From Vicugna vicugna (lineage: Eukaryota): DNA of 64,000 bases. Position 1 is the first letter of the stretch; every line of letters begins with the position of its first letter. Where the stretch lies: contig MU058257.1 in the NCBI GenBank assembly GCA_013265495.1, forward strand, positions 689,418 to 753,417, in the 5' to 3' direction. The position numbers were made by a program, and so were the translations under genes. Of the stretch, positions 53,189-64,000 are shown piece after piece. A model generated the notes under the pieces. The model saw only the letters and a program-made list of their open reading frames with translations, searched no databases and was not told the origin of the DNA.

Positions 53189-53707
53189 TGTTACAGCTCA
53201 GCTGTGACAGCAACCTGGATCCAGGCGAGAGATCAAGCAGCGCTCGGAGAGTTGGAGAACGCAGGTTTATACGCCAGCGGGCCCAGAGGAGTTAACACTC
53301 CAAGCTTTGGACCCCGTCTGCATGTTTACACAGGCTTTTATAGGCTGCCAGTTTACACTTTGCAACATCATATGCAAATAAGGTGTAACAAAAGTTGACT
53401 AATTAGGAACAAGCTTTGTAGAAATGGACCAATTAGAAGGGAGGGAAATAATCAATCAGGAGTGAGAGAAATAACCAATTAGGAATGCGCTCCTTGCAAA
53501 TGAAGTACTAAAAAATGAACCCATCAGGAGCGAGCTCAGGGAACCAATAGAATCTTAGGGGTCAGTTCCACTTTCCTAGAAGTAAGCTGTTTCAGCGGCA
53601 AAAAGTGAGATAGAGCCGCTGGGCCAGGGAACCGGATGGTGCTGGCAGGAGAGTAGTGGCCCTGCCTGGGGGTCCTGCTGGTCTTTTTTATGGGGCTTCC
53701 CACCTCA
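53189..53707 (-). mobile_element. ERV-type solo LTR (about 520 bp, TG...CA), artiodactyl ALTR-like, sense to NRP1
   Basis: Minus strand starts TGAGGTGGGAAGCCCC and ends TGTAACA. U3 has repeated CCAAT/ATTGG-like motifs and ATGCAAAT (53372-53379), then TATAAAA (53342-53336), then a poly(A)-position hexamer TATAAA (53271-53266). Family name is from memory; no clean TSD seen. Confidence 0.75.
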
Positions 53708-56009
53708 AAAGGAAATGTGAAATGTGATGAAAGTGAAACTTTGCCCACACCACCAAACTGGGCAACAACTTAGAAAACATCTTCCTTACATTTCAGCCGT
53801 AGCACTTGAAAGCTGCTGGCAGCAGGGTGGGGAGGGGGGGCAGCTCTGGTCCCTCATCAGAGTAGAAAGAGGGGAAGACCATATGCCTTGAGTCTACACC
53901 ATGCAACCCCCACAAAAGCAAAACAATCCATACAACCAGCATGACTTAATGTAAATGGTCAAATCAGTTCTTTGTAACTGAAGAGTGAGTTGCTCCAGGA
54001 CTGTGTGCACCATGATGGTGTGTCCTGCCAGCACGCAAAGGAGCACCTTGTGACACTACAGTGGCCCAGTCCACCACAGTGGGGGACAGTAAGGGGACTC
54101 GACGGTGTGGGTGACCCTGCTGGTAACTCCGTTCTCAGATTTGCTGTCACACATTTTAGGTGGGTAGCAACTATTAGAATGTGCTGAATGGCATTTGCAC
54201 ATACATATGTAATGTACTGCAACCATTTTTTAAAAATGTGTGAACCTTTCAAGTTAAAAGAGTTCAAGATTGCACCCGGACATCCCTGGGAAATCATGTT
54301 TTATGAGTTAGAAGTTTCGTGATGGTGTATTAAGGTGATCATTTCTTTCTATGGGTCCCTGTTGTACCCTTCATGATGACATAGTAAATAAGTTCTCTGC
54401 AAAGGAGGGGGAAGGCATGCCACTTAGAGCACCAGATCTTGGCTATGTACAAACTGGAGCAGACAACAAAGAGGAAAAGCAACTGAGCAGGAGAGGAAGT
54501 CGAACAGGTGAGGGCATCAGGAGAGCTGAGTTTGTACCATGTTGAAACTCCACTGTCTTCATCAAAGAGAAGAATCAGAATGTAAATCTGGGGTTATCTT
54601 CTCAGCAAGCTGCCAAGAGTGTGTGTGTATATATATACATATATTTATAACCTTCTACACATTGAAAAAAATGTGTATTATGATTGGAAGCTTATGATGG
54701 GAACATAATTTGGGGTCTTTTAGTAAAGTGTTCCTAACCGAAATTTTAACTACAGCTGTTATACGTACATGCTGCGGTGTGTGTGTGTGTGTGCAGGCAA
54801 GTTATTGTCTGCATTTAATCTGCGGAGGTCAAGTCCATTTTTCCCCAACTCTTTGTTCCTGGTGTGGGCTCACTGATCAGACACACTTCTGTTATGGGCC
54901 AAGGGCTGTCTACACGGAGCTCACATTGTTTCTCTAGCATAAATGAGACAGGAACAAAGAGTGTACCACCACTGCTGGACTCGGGTGTGCTGGTTAGGAA
55001 GGAAGCTGCTGTTGCATCCCTGGAGTCAGAAGGGTGGGTGCGTGTGTACATCTTCGTAAGACCCAGCAGTCCCCAAGAGCAACTCTCTTCATCCTCACTG
55101 TGCCAGAAAGATTCTGAATTCAGAGCACCTTCAGAAGGGAGGCAGACAACTACTGAAATAAGATAAAACATCTTTTATCCCCGTGGTCTCTAAGTTTCCT
55201 TGACAGAGAGCTGGTGATTGTCGATGACACAGTAGCCCTCCCCAGGAGATTACACTTGGTTTGTTTCCTTTGTGTTCTACAAGGTGGTCAAGGATGTCTT
55301 TTAGCTGCTCTACAAAGGGTCACCTAAGGAAAATCAATTGTATGCTTAACATCTGGGAAAAATATTGCCTCTTGGGTAGGTTCCATGAGAACAAAGTTGT
55401 TTCTCAGAAGATTTTCCCCTTCCGGCTTCAGCTTTGTTTTCCTAGGAATCGTGAGGTCGGGCTGGAATTAATGAGTGACAAAGCCCTTGACTGAATCGAT
55501 ACTGAGTGACATTCGTTTGCAGACATAGATGGGATGACTTTTGAGGGAGTCTGGGTGAATTTCTCAAGAAAGCATGCTAAGAGAGGACACAGGCAGACTC
55601 ACAGCTGTCTGACAGAGGCAAACAGAAGCCCGACTTTATAGACGACACCCGACTCCACATATGTTGCAACAGCAGGCTGATTCATAGCTTCCTGGCTTAG
55701 TTTCCCAATTGCCTTGCAACCAAAGCAGATTTACTCCCTTCCCCGGACTGGAACTGGGATTCCCAATCCTTCAAGCTCAAGTCTTCCAAAAGAGAACACT
55801 GCAAAGCATGGCTCCCCATGTTTGACAGCCACAGATTCAGAGGTTTGCAAAGAACAGCTGAGTTTTCCATGAAGACAGGCATTGGCAAACTACGGCTTGC
55901 AGACCCCATATATCCAGCCGGCCCAGCCTATTTTTGTAAATAAAGTTTTACTGGAACAGGGCCGCATCCCTTCATTTACCTGTTACCTCTGGCGGCCTTC
56001 TTCTTCTTC

Positions 56010-56147
56010 TTTTTTTAAAATTTTTTTGAGGGGGGAGGTAATTTGGTTTATTTATTTATTTAGTTTTTAGAGGAGATACTAGGGATTGAACCCAGGACCT
56101 CATGCACATTGAGCATGCAGTCTAACAGTTGAGCTATACCCTCCCCC
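56010..56147 (-). mobile_element. tRNA-derived SINE (first of a tandem pair)
   Basis: gggggaggtaatttggtttatttattt...gggattgaacccaggacctc...gagctataccctccccc. Confidence 0.9.
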
Positions 56148-56170
56148 TGCTTTAAAAAAAAAAGTTTTCT

Positions 56171-56309
56171 TTTTTTAAAATTTTTTTGGGGGGAGGTAAT
56201 TGGGTTCATTTACGTATTTATTTTTAGAGGAGATGCTGAGCATCATGCCCAGGACCTTGTGCATGCTAGACACGCACTCCCCACTTGAGCTGCGTCCCCT
56301 GTGCCCCCC
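56171..56309 (-). mobile_element. tRNA-derived SINE (second of the pair, more diverged)
   Basis: gggggaggtaattgggttcattt...cccaggaccttgtgcatgctagacacgcactccccacttgagct. Confidence 0.8.
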
Positions 56310-56587
56310 AGCTGCCCTCTCGTAATGATGGAGGAGCCCAGTCACTGCGATTGGGTTGTTTTGCCAGAAAATCCTAAAATGTTTACACTCTGGTCCTTTA
56401 CAGACAGTGTGGCAATTCCTAATTTAGAGTTTCCATTTATGTCATAAAAATAAAAATGTCTTTAAAAATGTAGATCTAATTTTAATTTACTTAAAAATTT
56501 TAAGGTATTAAATAAGTAATCAAAAGAAGTTACAATTCTGTATTTGAAAAAACCTTTAATAAATGTTGACAGACGCATTTTATTCGT

Positions 56588-56890
56588 ATTTTTAATTGAA
56601 GAACAGACAGTTTAAAATGTGGCATTAATGTCTGGGCACTGCATAATGTTTCAGTCATACAGAGACATATATATCTTCCTTCTCACATTCTTTTTCACTC
56701 TAGTTTACTACAAGCCATTGAATATAGTTCCCTGTGCTAGGCAGTAGAAACTTGTTGTTTATCTATTTTATATACACTAGTTAGTATCTGCAAATCTCGA
56801 AATCCCAATTTTTCCCTTCCCAATTCCTTCCCCTTTGGTAACCACAAGTTTGTTTTCCGTGCCTGAGAGTCTGCTTCTGTTTTGTAAATA
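56588..56890 (-). mobile_element. LINE-1 3' UTR fragment (sense to NRP1)
   Basis: tttttaattgaag...ttgaatatagttccctgtgct...cccctttggtaaccacaagtttgttttc...gagtctgcttctgttttgtaaata. Confidence 0.88.
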
Positions 56891-56919
56891 ATTTTCAAGT
56901 AAACATCACCAACCTCCTG

Positions 56920-57450
56920 TATCCCAGAAAACTACCCACAGATGAGAGTTGGTAATTGGTATCAAGAGCCTTAATACTGTTCTTACTGTGCGGTTCAGGA
57001 ACCACACTTCCAGAAACCTCTTCTAAAGAGATTCTCAGAGATACACGCAGATGTGCACACAGAGGTGCATCTCACATTATTCACATTTACTTCTAATTCT
57101 GAGTAACTAAAAACAATCTGGATATTCTACGCACTTTGGATAAAAAATTATTTTCAAAGGATCATGTGATTTACAAAACACATGTTTTAAAAACTATTTC
57201 AGGGCCTCACTCACATAAAATGCTTAAAATGTAATTTTAAGAGAAAAGAGGTAGTAAATCAACTATACTTCAATTCTAAAAAGAGAGAAAATGGTAGGAA
57301 CGAAGGTGTCTATAGAGAATCATCCCAATCTTTTTTTTTGAGCATACATATTTCTAAATGCAAAGAAAAAGGCTGGAAAAAGAGACATGAAAATGTAGAT
57401 AGTGTTGTCTTTGAGTGCTAGGATTATGGGTGACTTATTTTCTTGTGTTT
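56920..57450 (+). mobile_element. Ancient L1M(E)-like fragment, degraded
   Basis: ttggtaattggtatcaagagcctta...accacacttccagaaacctcttctaaag...ggattatgggtgacttattttctt. Boundaries approximate. Confidence 0.5.
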
Positions 57451-59076
57451 TTCAAATATTTATTTAAGGGGAAAGTATGCAGCCTGCCTCCCTCATCCAT
57501 ATGCAAACTCAGTGTGTGTACACATCTCCATAAAGGAACTATTGTGCAAAACAGAAGAAGGGGTTTGCCAAACCACACAGAACATTTTTATTTAGAACCA
57601 TAAAAATGATAATTAAAAAAAAAAGAGAATCTGCAAACTTTGAGTTTTAAAAAAGTGATTCTACAAAGCACACGTGCCAGACTTCACTTGAAACAGAGAC
57701 ATTAACCCAAAAGCTGTCAATGGGCTGACGTAAAACAATGAGATTTTGACATTCATCTCTAATAACTCTGTGCTCAAGAAAAAGAAACAGGCATGACTTT
57801 TAATTTAAATAACAAAAATGCTTGTTCCAAATAAAGTGTTCTCTGCCCTTCCGTGGCTAGCCTATTCCCCAAAGAGGCCATTTCTGTGTGCGGATTAAAG
57901 ATGGCGGGTTGGTCCCATCGGTGGGCCACCACTTTCTCCTCAAGCCCACGGCACGCCCTGCAGTCTGTTCTGCCACTTTTTCCCAAGAAGTTTTCTCGCA
58001 TGCACTCCAGACGGCAATGACCAACGGATCAGAGGTACCAGGTGATGGCAAACATGTCTGCCGTCCTCCATGTGGCGACATAGCAGGTTTGGCAAGTTAA
58101 TTCTAGACCCCCCCCCCCGCATTCCCTTAAGACTAAGTGGCCAAACCCATTTCTACCAGCACTGAACTTGACCATCTTCCTCCGCATGCAACAGAATGCT
58201 GCGTGTACATTTCAAAAGCATCTCGAGATGTCTGAGGCGGCGCCTACTGCCTCATCATTTTTACTGTTGATGTTACTGGTACTACGGTTCTTTCAGACCC
58301 GAGGACAGAGACATCTGTCCAGTCATTAACATCCCAGTTTCCAACTCCCCTCATATCCTACCCAGGTCCAGTCTGTCTCTGTCTCCTTGAGAATGCCTCT
58401 TTCTGTTTCCACTGCCACCAGCTGCGTTCAGGGAGTGATGGGGACTTCCCGCGGGAAGAGATGAAGATGCAACAGCGGTAAGATGAGGCACCTGCCCACT
58501 TACTTAGTCATTAACATCTTACTGAAGAATTGCTATTTTTATACCCTGACTAGGGATCTGAGGTAGGAAAGATCTCCTACCATATCCCTTTACCCTTTCT
58601 GTTGAATTTGTTCCACCTAAAGAGACAGTCAAATGGCTACTGGGGCTACCCACCAACCCCGAAAGGCACAGCTGACTGTGTTCAGTCCCCACTGAGAATC
58701 CTTTATGAATCACCCAAAGGGCACATCCCCAGGAGCCCTGCTGAGCTGACTTCTGGCAAACACATACTGAAGCAACCCCAGACCATCCTGGGAAGCCTTG
58801 GAGGTCACAGGCTCACTCCGCCCACGTCCAAGGCGACCTGGGCACACAAACACACAGCATGGCTGATGGCGGCAAAAAGCAATCGGGTAGCTTCAGGTGA
58901 GTTTAAATGGAGATGAATTTAGAAAAGATGATGCTGTGACACAACCCTGTTGAAATAGAGATGATGGGACAATATCAAAGTGCATCAATAACTTAATAAA
59001 AGTAGTTTTCAAAGCCTGCACTATTGGGAAAAAAGGGCTCATGATCTTAACGGCAGTATTAAGACAGACGGAAGCA

Positions 59077-59205
59077 GGAGGGAGGGTGTAGCTCAGTGGT
59101 AAAGCACCTGCTTAGCATGCACGAGGTCCTGGGTTCAATCCCCAGGACTTCATCAAAAATAAACAAACAAACAAATGAACTTAATTACCTCCCCACATGA
59201 AAAAA
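59077..59205 (+). mobile_element. tRNA-derived SINE, near-intact, with 13-bp TSD
   Basis: ggagggagggtgtagctcagtggtaaagcacctgcttagcatgcacgaggtcctgggttcaatcccc...ttaattacctcccc. TSD acagacggaagca (59064-59076) / acagatggaagca (59206-59218). Confidence 0.93.
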
Positions 59206-59734
59206 ACAGATGGAAGCAACACAGTGCTAAATGACAGGAAACATTCAGTATTTCCAGAAGGATGGCAACACGAACATTTCATAACATCTGATCGTGGTGA
59301 CTGGAAGACTGAAAGCCCTGCACTAGAAGCTGGAGGGTGAATTGGGATTGCCTGGGACCAGTAATTACAGCCAAAGAGGATACGACCTGAGTTAGAACAG
59401 CCGGCCAGTGCCAGGCGTGGAGAGCAGGCACCCACTGCTCAAGGATTCGGGGCTGGAGGTTGAGTGAACTTGGGGAACAAGAACAGCCCGGCTGGGGGCC
59501 GAACCACGGGGGGTCTGGGAGCATCACTGCCAGGAACAAACTTGACGTTCAGCCAACAGGTACCTCAGCCAGATGTTTTCTCTGTGCATCTCGTTTGAAG
59601 CCAAAGCCACGTCACAAGTGGGCCTGTCTTGGAACTGCAGGGAAGACAATGGTGATGGGCAGCTGGAGGGGCCCAGGGAGGACAAAGGGCGGTGTGCCTG
59701 CCTCCGAGGCGGCTCCCCTCGGTTGTCACCGTCC

Positions 59735-59825
59735 TCCTGGACTGTAAGTACTGTGAGGGCAGGACATCCCTCAACAGTAGCTGGCACATACCAGGCAGTC
59801 AACAAATGCGTCCTGAATGAATGAG
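59735..59825 (+). mobile_element. LINE-2 3' terminus remnant
   Basis: gactgtaagtactgtgagggcagg...ctggcacataccaggcagtcaacaaatgcgtcctgaatgaatga. Confidence 0.7.
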
Positions 59826-62800
59826 GTAGCACGCAACAGCTACAGAGGAAGACTTTTAGCATCCAAACAAAGGAGCTTTAAGAAAGTGCCTGAATTCATC
59901 CCAGCGTTCAAGAGTCTGAGTTCCGAAAGTATTACTGTGTGTGCTTTTTCCTAAGTCTGTGTCGTGACGAATGTTTCCCGGTGGACTGGTGTTCACCACC
60001 AATCTCAGGACCTGTGTAATCAATATGTAAACCAAACCCTTAGACAACATTGATAAGAAACAAGAATAGTTTAAATCTCAGGGTCAGTCCCAGGAAACAT
60101 GTAATGACAAAAAATAATGGGGGTTGACAGTTCAAGTTCTTTTTTTAGGTGGTGTTTAGAAATACTAGACATTTTTCAATGGTGGCTGGGAATTAGATAA
60201 CTAACTCGACGTCAGTCCACCATTGATCATTTGCGTGAACAAAAATATGGCTCAAGTGGAAGAAACAGAGAAGAAAAGTACAATTAATATGTAAATTTGC
60301 TTCAGGCCCTTTTGATATTTGCATCTGGAACGACTTGGGCTTATTCTTTTCAACCAAGTTTCCTGCCTGTAATGGAATCATTAACATTCATCTCTTTTGG
60401 TGGCACCTCTGTGTTTAAAGTGTTCAGAAGCGCGTAGTCAGACGTGCTAAGAAAAGGCCGCACATAGAAACACAGCAAGTTCCAACCCCAGCTCTGCCCC
60501 TGTTCAGCCTCTGGCGAGTGGCTTTGTCTTTATACGTTTTGGTGATTTCACTCTAAAGTGGGTCTGGTGCAAATAAACAATTTCCCGAGGATGTGTGAAT
60601 TAGCCGGTGCTGAGAAAGAGATCTGAAATGATGACGTGCTATCAATGCTAAGTCAAATTATGTAATTACACCTTTGTGAAAATGCTATTGTGGGAATAAA
60701 TGAATCTGAATGTGGTATTTACAGTGTGATTCGCTTCCGAAACAGGATATTCATAATGGGCCCCAGCAGGCGACAACAGAGTGCCATCTTATCTCCTGTT
60801 GATAGACTGCAATTTCAGAAAATTATTTTTACAATGGAATCTGAATATGCTCCTTAATTCAAGACTGTTTTACAAATAGATACATAGCTTCCTGCATCGC
60901 TTATGCTGCCGTCAAGATGCAGTAAGGTGAGTTCGGGAACAAAGTCCCTGTTGTCATTCCTTTGTACTGTTGCCCATGTAATTTCCATTCTTTGCAATCT
61001 AATTTAACAAGCTACCTTTGAACAAAAAGATAAGGTAAAAGCTACTTCTGTGTTAAGAGATCAAACCCGAGTTTGGGTTAATACTCAGGTTATCAACCGC
61101 AGTTAAATGACACTTCGAACTTGCCTAGTTTCAAGAACAAACAACTCACTCCTACACAGAACTTCCAATGCCTGCAGATGGTAGACTCAGCAACAGAAGA
61201 ACAGTACGCGAGTATTTCTGAGGCCCACGTTCCTCGTTCTTAAAAATAATCCGGTAGATAAAAGATAACAGACCTGTTAACGGGCAAGATTAAGGTCTAA
61301 GTAAAAAAATGAACAATTCCTTGGAATAAATGTTGCCAAAATAGAAGATGTCTGATACAATTTAGGGGTGGAAAACAGACATAAAATGTGTGTCTTGGAG
61401 GGAAAAAGATCAGGCAGAGGCTGTGCTGCAAAAGGCAGGGAGGGTCCGGGAGGAGCTGGGGCGGCTTAGATCATAGAGAGAAGAAAGGAAAAGATGGGAG
61501 GCTGAGGGGGTCTTGGAAAAACCAAAGAAAGGCTTGGAGATCAGGGCCAGGCTGAGTTGTCCAAAAAGACATCTTGGCATTTGCTCTTGTGGCCCCAGGA
61601 GTCCCCTGCACGAATCGAGTCCTGTTGTGTTAGAGGCAAAGGGGGCTCAGAGCACAGATGAGGAAGTGCGGGGGCAGAAGGATTAAAAGAGTGAGCCCAC
61701 AGCTTCTTCGAGGCTGAGTCCCTTCCTGAACTCAGGATCCTGACGGCATCACTGGTGAAGGCCACATGTTAACGCAGCCAGTCTCCCAAGGGAACTGTAA
61801 CCATGGCAACACGGGACTGGCCCAAAGCAGAACAAGCTGAGGGCGCGATCAGCCGTCGCGCCTGCCTCTGCCCCAGCCTCAGCGCCCCTTCCCCCCGTGG
61901 AACCACAAGAGCTGATCATCTGAGTCATTCTGTTCTCTGTTTGCAGACAAACTCAAGATGTGAGAGTGAGGATGTGTGATGGGTTTCCAGACTAGAGAGA
62001 GAACAGAATCAGCCAGAAACACCCCCAGAGAACTCGGGGTGAGGCAGTGACACTGGGGAGCCAGAAGGAGCGTGGAAACTAGCTGTGGTGGCCGGCGGGC
62101 TGCCGGCGCAGGGCTGGCTGTGCGCCTGCTCCTTCTCTGCCTCTTCCTCTCAGGTTGACACTTTCCATGCTGACCCACAGCTTTAAGAAATACTCAGCTG
62201 GGTTCATGTCCCAGTGGAGTTGCCAAAAAAATAGAAGGAAACACTGCGCACTCTGTGGTGAGAGAGGTGTGAGCCAGGGGAGCAGCTGAAACTCCTCACT
62301 GTCCGGGGCCGCCTCAGTCTCTCTCGTCTCCAGGACAGCATCTTTCTGTGGTCGCTCTAAGACACAGGGCTTGGTTTTCACCTGGTGACATGGACACACA
62401 TATTGACACCATTCTGCACCCCGTGTTGCCCTCTCTAATGGAGTTCACATTTATGCATCTTCCCCAGCAAGTCTGCTGTGAAGTTAACCTGTGCATTTAT
62501 TGGGGTTGCCAGCTGGAACGGAAGAAGACTCTAAATTATTGGTGTTAAATTTATGGAAAGGTGGTTTGGACGTGAGCCCAGATATGAATATACAACAGAC
62601 AGGGTTTACAGAGTTGTGACACAGAGTCCCAAGAGTTGTGAGAATGTCAGAAAATACTCAGCAATTCGGACATATGCCTACAAGGTTAATACTTTTTATG
62701 CCTCTAACTCCAAAACTGATTACGGAGACGACTGCGAAACAGAGAGAAAAGCTTTCAGTCGAGCCACACCTCCGCATACTTTTGGAGATTTAGCTAAAGC

Positions 62801-62999
62801 TACTCACTCAGAGAAATGCTAGGCTTTTCAAAGTCGAGGCTTTTGGAGGAAAGCTGTAAGTTTGACTCCAGTGCCCGGGAAAATGAAGGGTTTACCATGG
62901 AAATGAGAATAAGTGTGAATTGCTATAGTCTGGTTAAGTTAGAGCCTTTCCTGGGACACTGACGTGGCTCCTCCGCACTGGGTGAGCACACCGGCCAGT

Positions 63000-63620
63000 T
63001 CCACTCAGCAAATACTAATTGTGCAGCTGCTACAGGTGAGGCTCCAGGCGAGGCTCTGCAGGGCCGGGAGCCGCCGGCGGCCTCTGCTTTCGAGCACCTG
63101 ACCAGCTAGCTGGGGGAACAGCAACGAAGTATTAATGATCATGACAAAATATGGATGAACGTAAAGAACGTGAATGACGTATAAACACAGCTCTGGGGGC
63201 TTCCGAGGGCAGAGAGAAAGGCCATATTTCACTGCTAGTTGGTGACCAGGTGTGGCTCTGCCAAGCACTTGTCACTGCAGATGGAGCCAGATGATGGTAC
63301 CACTTTGATAGGGAGCCGGGTATGTGGAGGGCACTCACCCCTCACACATCTGTTAAGGAGACGCCCCGGGAAGCAGGGTGAGTCTGAAGAGCTCCACAGT
63401 GGCCATTTGGGTTGAATACACAAGGGAACCACAGGAGAAAGACCAGAGAGGCAGGTGGGAGCTACATGGTTTAATTTTGAGTTCAACTGAACGCATATTT
63501 AGAGGCTAAGCATCACAGAGGAAGCAAGGGGAAAACGGGGGGCTCTCGATGCTCCTAAGCAGGGCAGAGGATGGGGACAGCCCCCTTAATGAGGCACAGC
63601 TCTAGGGATAGGTCCACAGG
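63000..63620 (-). mobile_element. Degraded LINE-2 fragment
   Basis: cactcagcaaatactaattgtgc resembles the reverse complement of the L2 terminus and is followed by purine-rich L2-like sequence. Boundaries approximate. Confidence 0.4.
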
Positions 63621-64000
63621 TGTCAGAACGTGAGCGGTAACAGGAGAAACAGAACAGAATAGATGACCGTGAAGGATCGTGGAGACACGTGATTTAGAGG
63701 CCTTCAACTGGCTATTTGGGGCACAAAGAGGAATCAGGAGACGCCCCAGAGTCTCAAATGTGCATAAGCAGAAAAGGGAAGGATCAATACGAGGAAGAAA
63801 AGGAGGGAGAGAAATTATCGGTGAGGGAAGATGTCGACTCGGATGGTCGGTTGGGGTGATGGTCTATCATCCCGGCAGTCGGCATCATCCGGGAAGACTC
63901 TGCAAGTTTAATTCCAAGGCTTTGGCCAAATCGAGTTGGACAGAAATGTGGGAATAATCTGAGCTGAGTGGCTCAAAAAGGCAATTCAGGGAGAAGACAT

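Larger units (their letters stand above)
55876..56421 (+). mobile_element. MER58A-like hAT-Charlie element split by two SINEs
   Basis: ggcaaactacggc...tttttgtaaataaagttttactggaaca (5' part) and cctaaaatgtttacactctggtcctttacaga (3' part) resemble MER58A. Confidence 0.8.
27118..64000 (-). other. NRP1: NRP1 intron 2 (partial, >36.8 kb); exon 2 presumably lies beyond the window end
   Basis: No exon-2 peptide (KCGDTIKIESPGYLTSPGYPHSY...) recognised between exon 3 and the window end. This intron is known to be very long in mammals. Confidence 0.85.

Noticed and set aside
53825..53840. G-run GGGTGGGGAGGGGGGG as a potential G-quadruplex
   Set aside because: Such motifs are common in mammalian introns; nothing here indicates function.
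59077..59150. Possible tRNA gene (A and B boxes)
   Set aside because: Has an A-rich tail, a TSD and several diverged copies in the window, so it is a SINE rather than a functional tRNA.
6706..61927. Scattered AP-1 sites (TGACTCA/TGAGTCA)
   Set aside because: About eight noticed, roughly the chance expectation for a 7-mer on both strands of 64 kb; not clustered.

Overview
Mammalian genomic DNA covering the interior of the neuropilin-1 gene (NRP1) on the minus strand. The tRNA-derived SINE family suggests a camelid or other cetartiodactyl (inference). Four coding exons are resolved to the base with canonical AG/GT boundaries and consistent phases: 182, 228, 156 and 167 nt, equivalent to human exons 3-6, encoding the end of CUB a1, all of CUB a2 and the first part of FA58C b1. 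The rest is intron (intron 2 = 27118 to window end; intron 6 = window start to 11863), containing SINEs, L1 3' ends, L2/MIR relics, hAT DNA transposons and two solo LTRs. Almost all other ORFs in the track look spurious. I found no evidence of a new multi-gene system. The most unusual items are: a perfect 7 x 69-bp higher-order minisatellite in intron 3 with one branchpoint-like + AG module per unit on the transcribed strand; two gene-sense solo LTRs whose poly(A) hexamers are non-canonical, one retaining TATA/CCAAT/octamer motifs; a small templated inverted insertion; and a 5'-splice-site-like start to exon 3. Repeat family names come from recalled consensus sequences and need RepeatMasker/Dfam confirmation.
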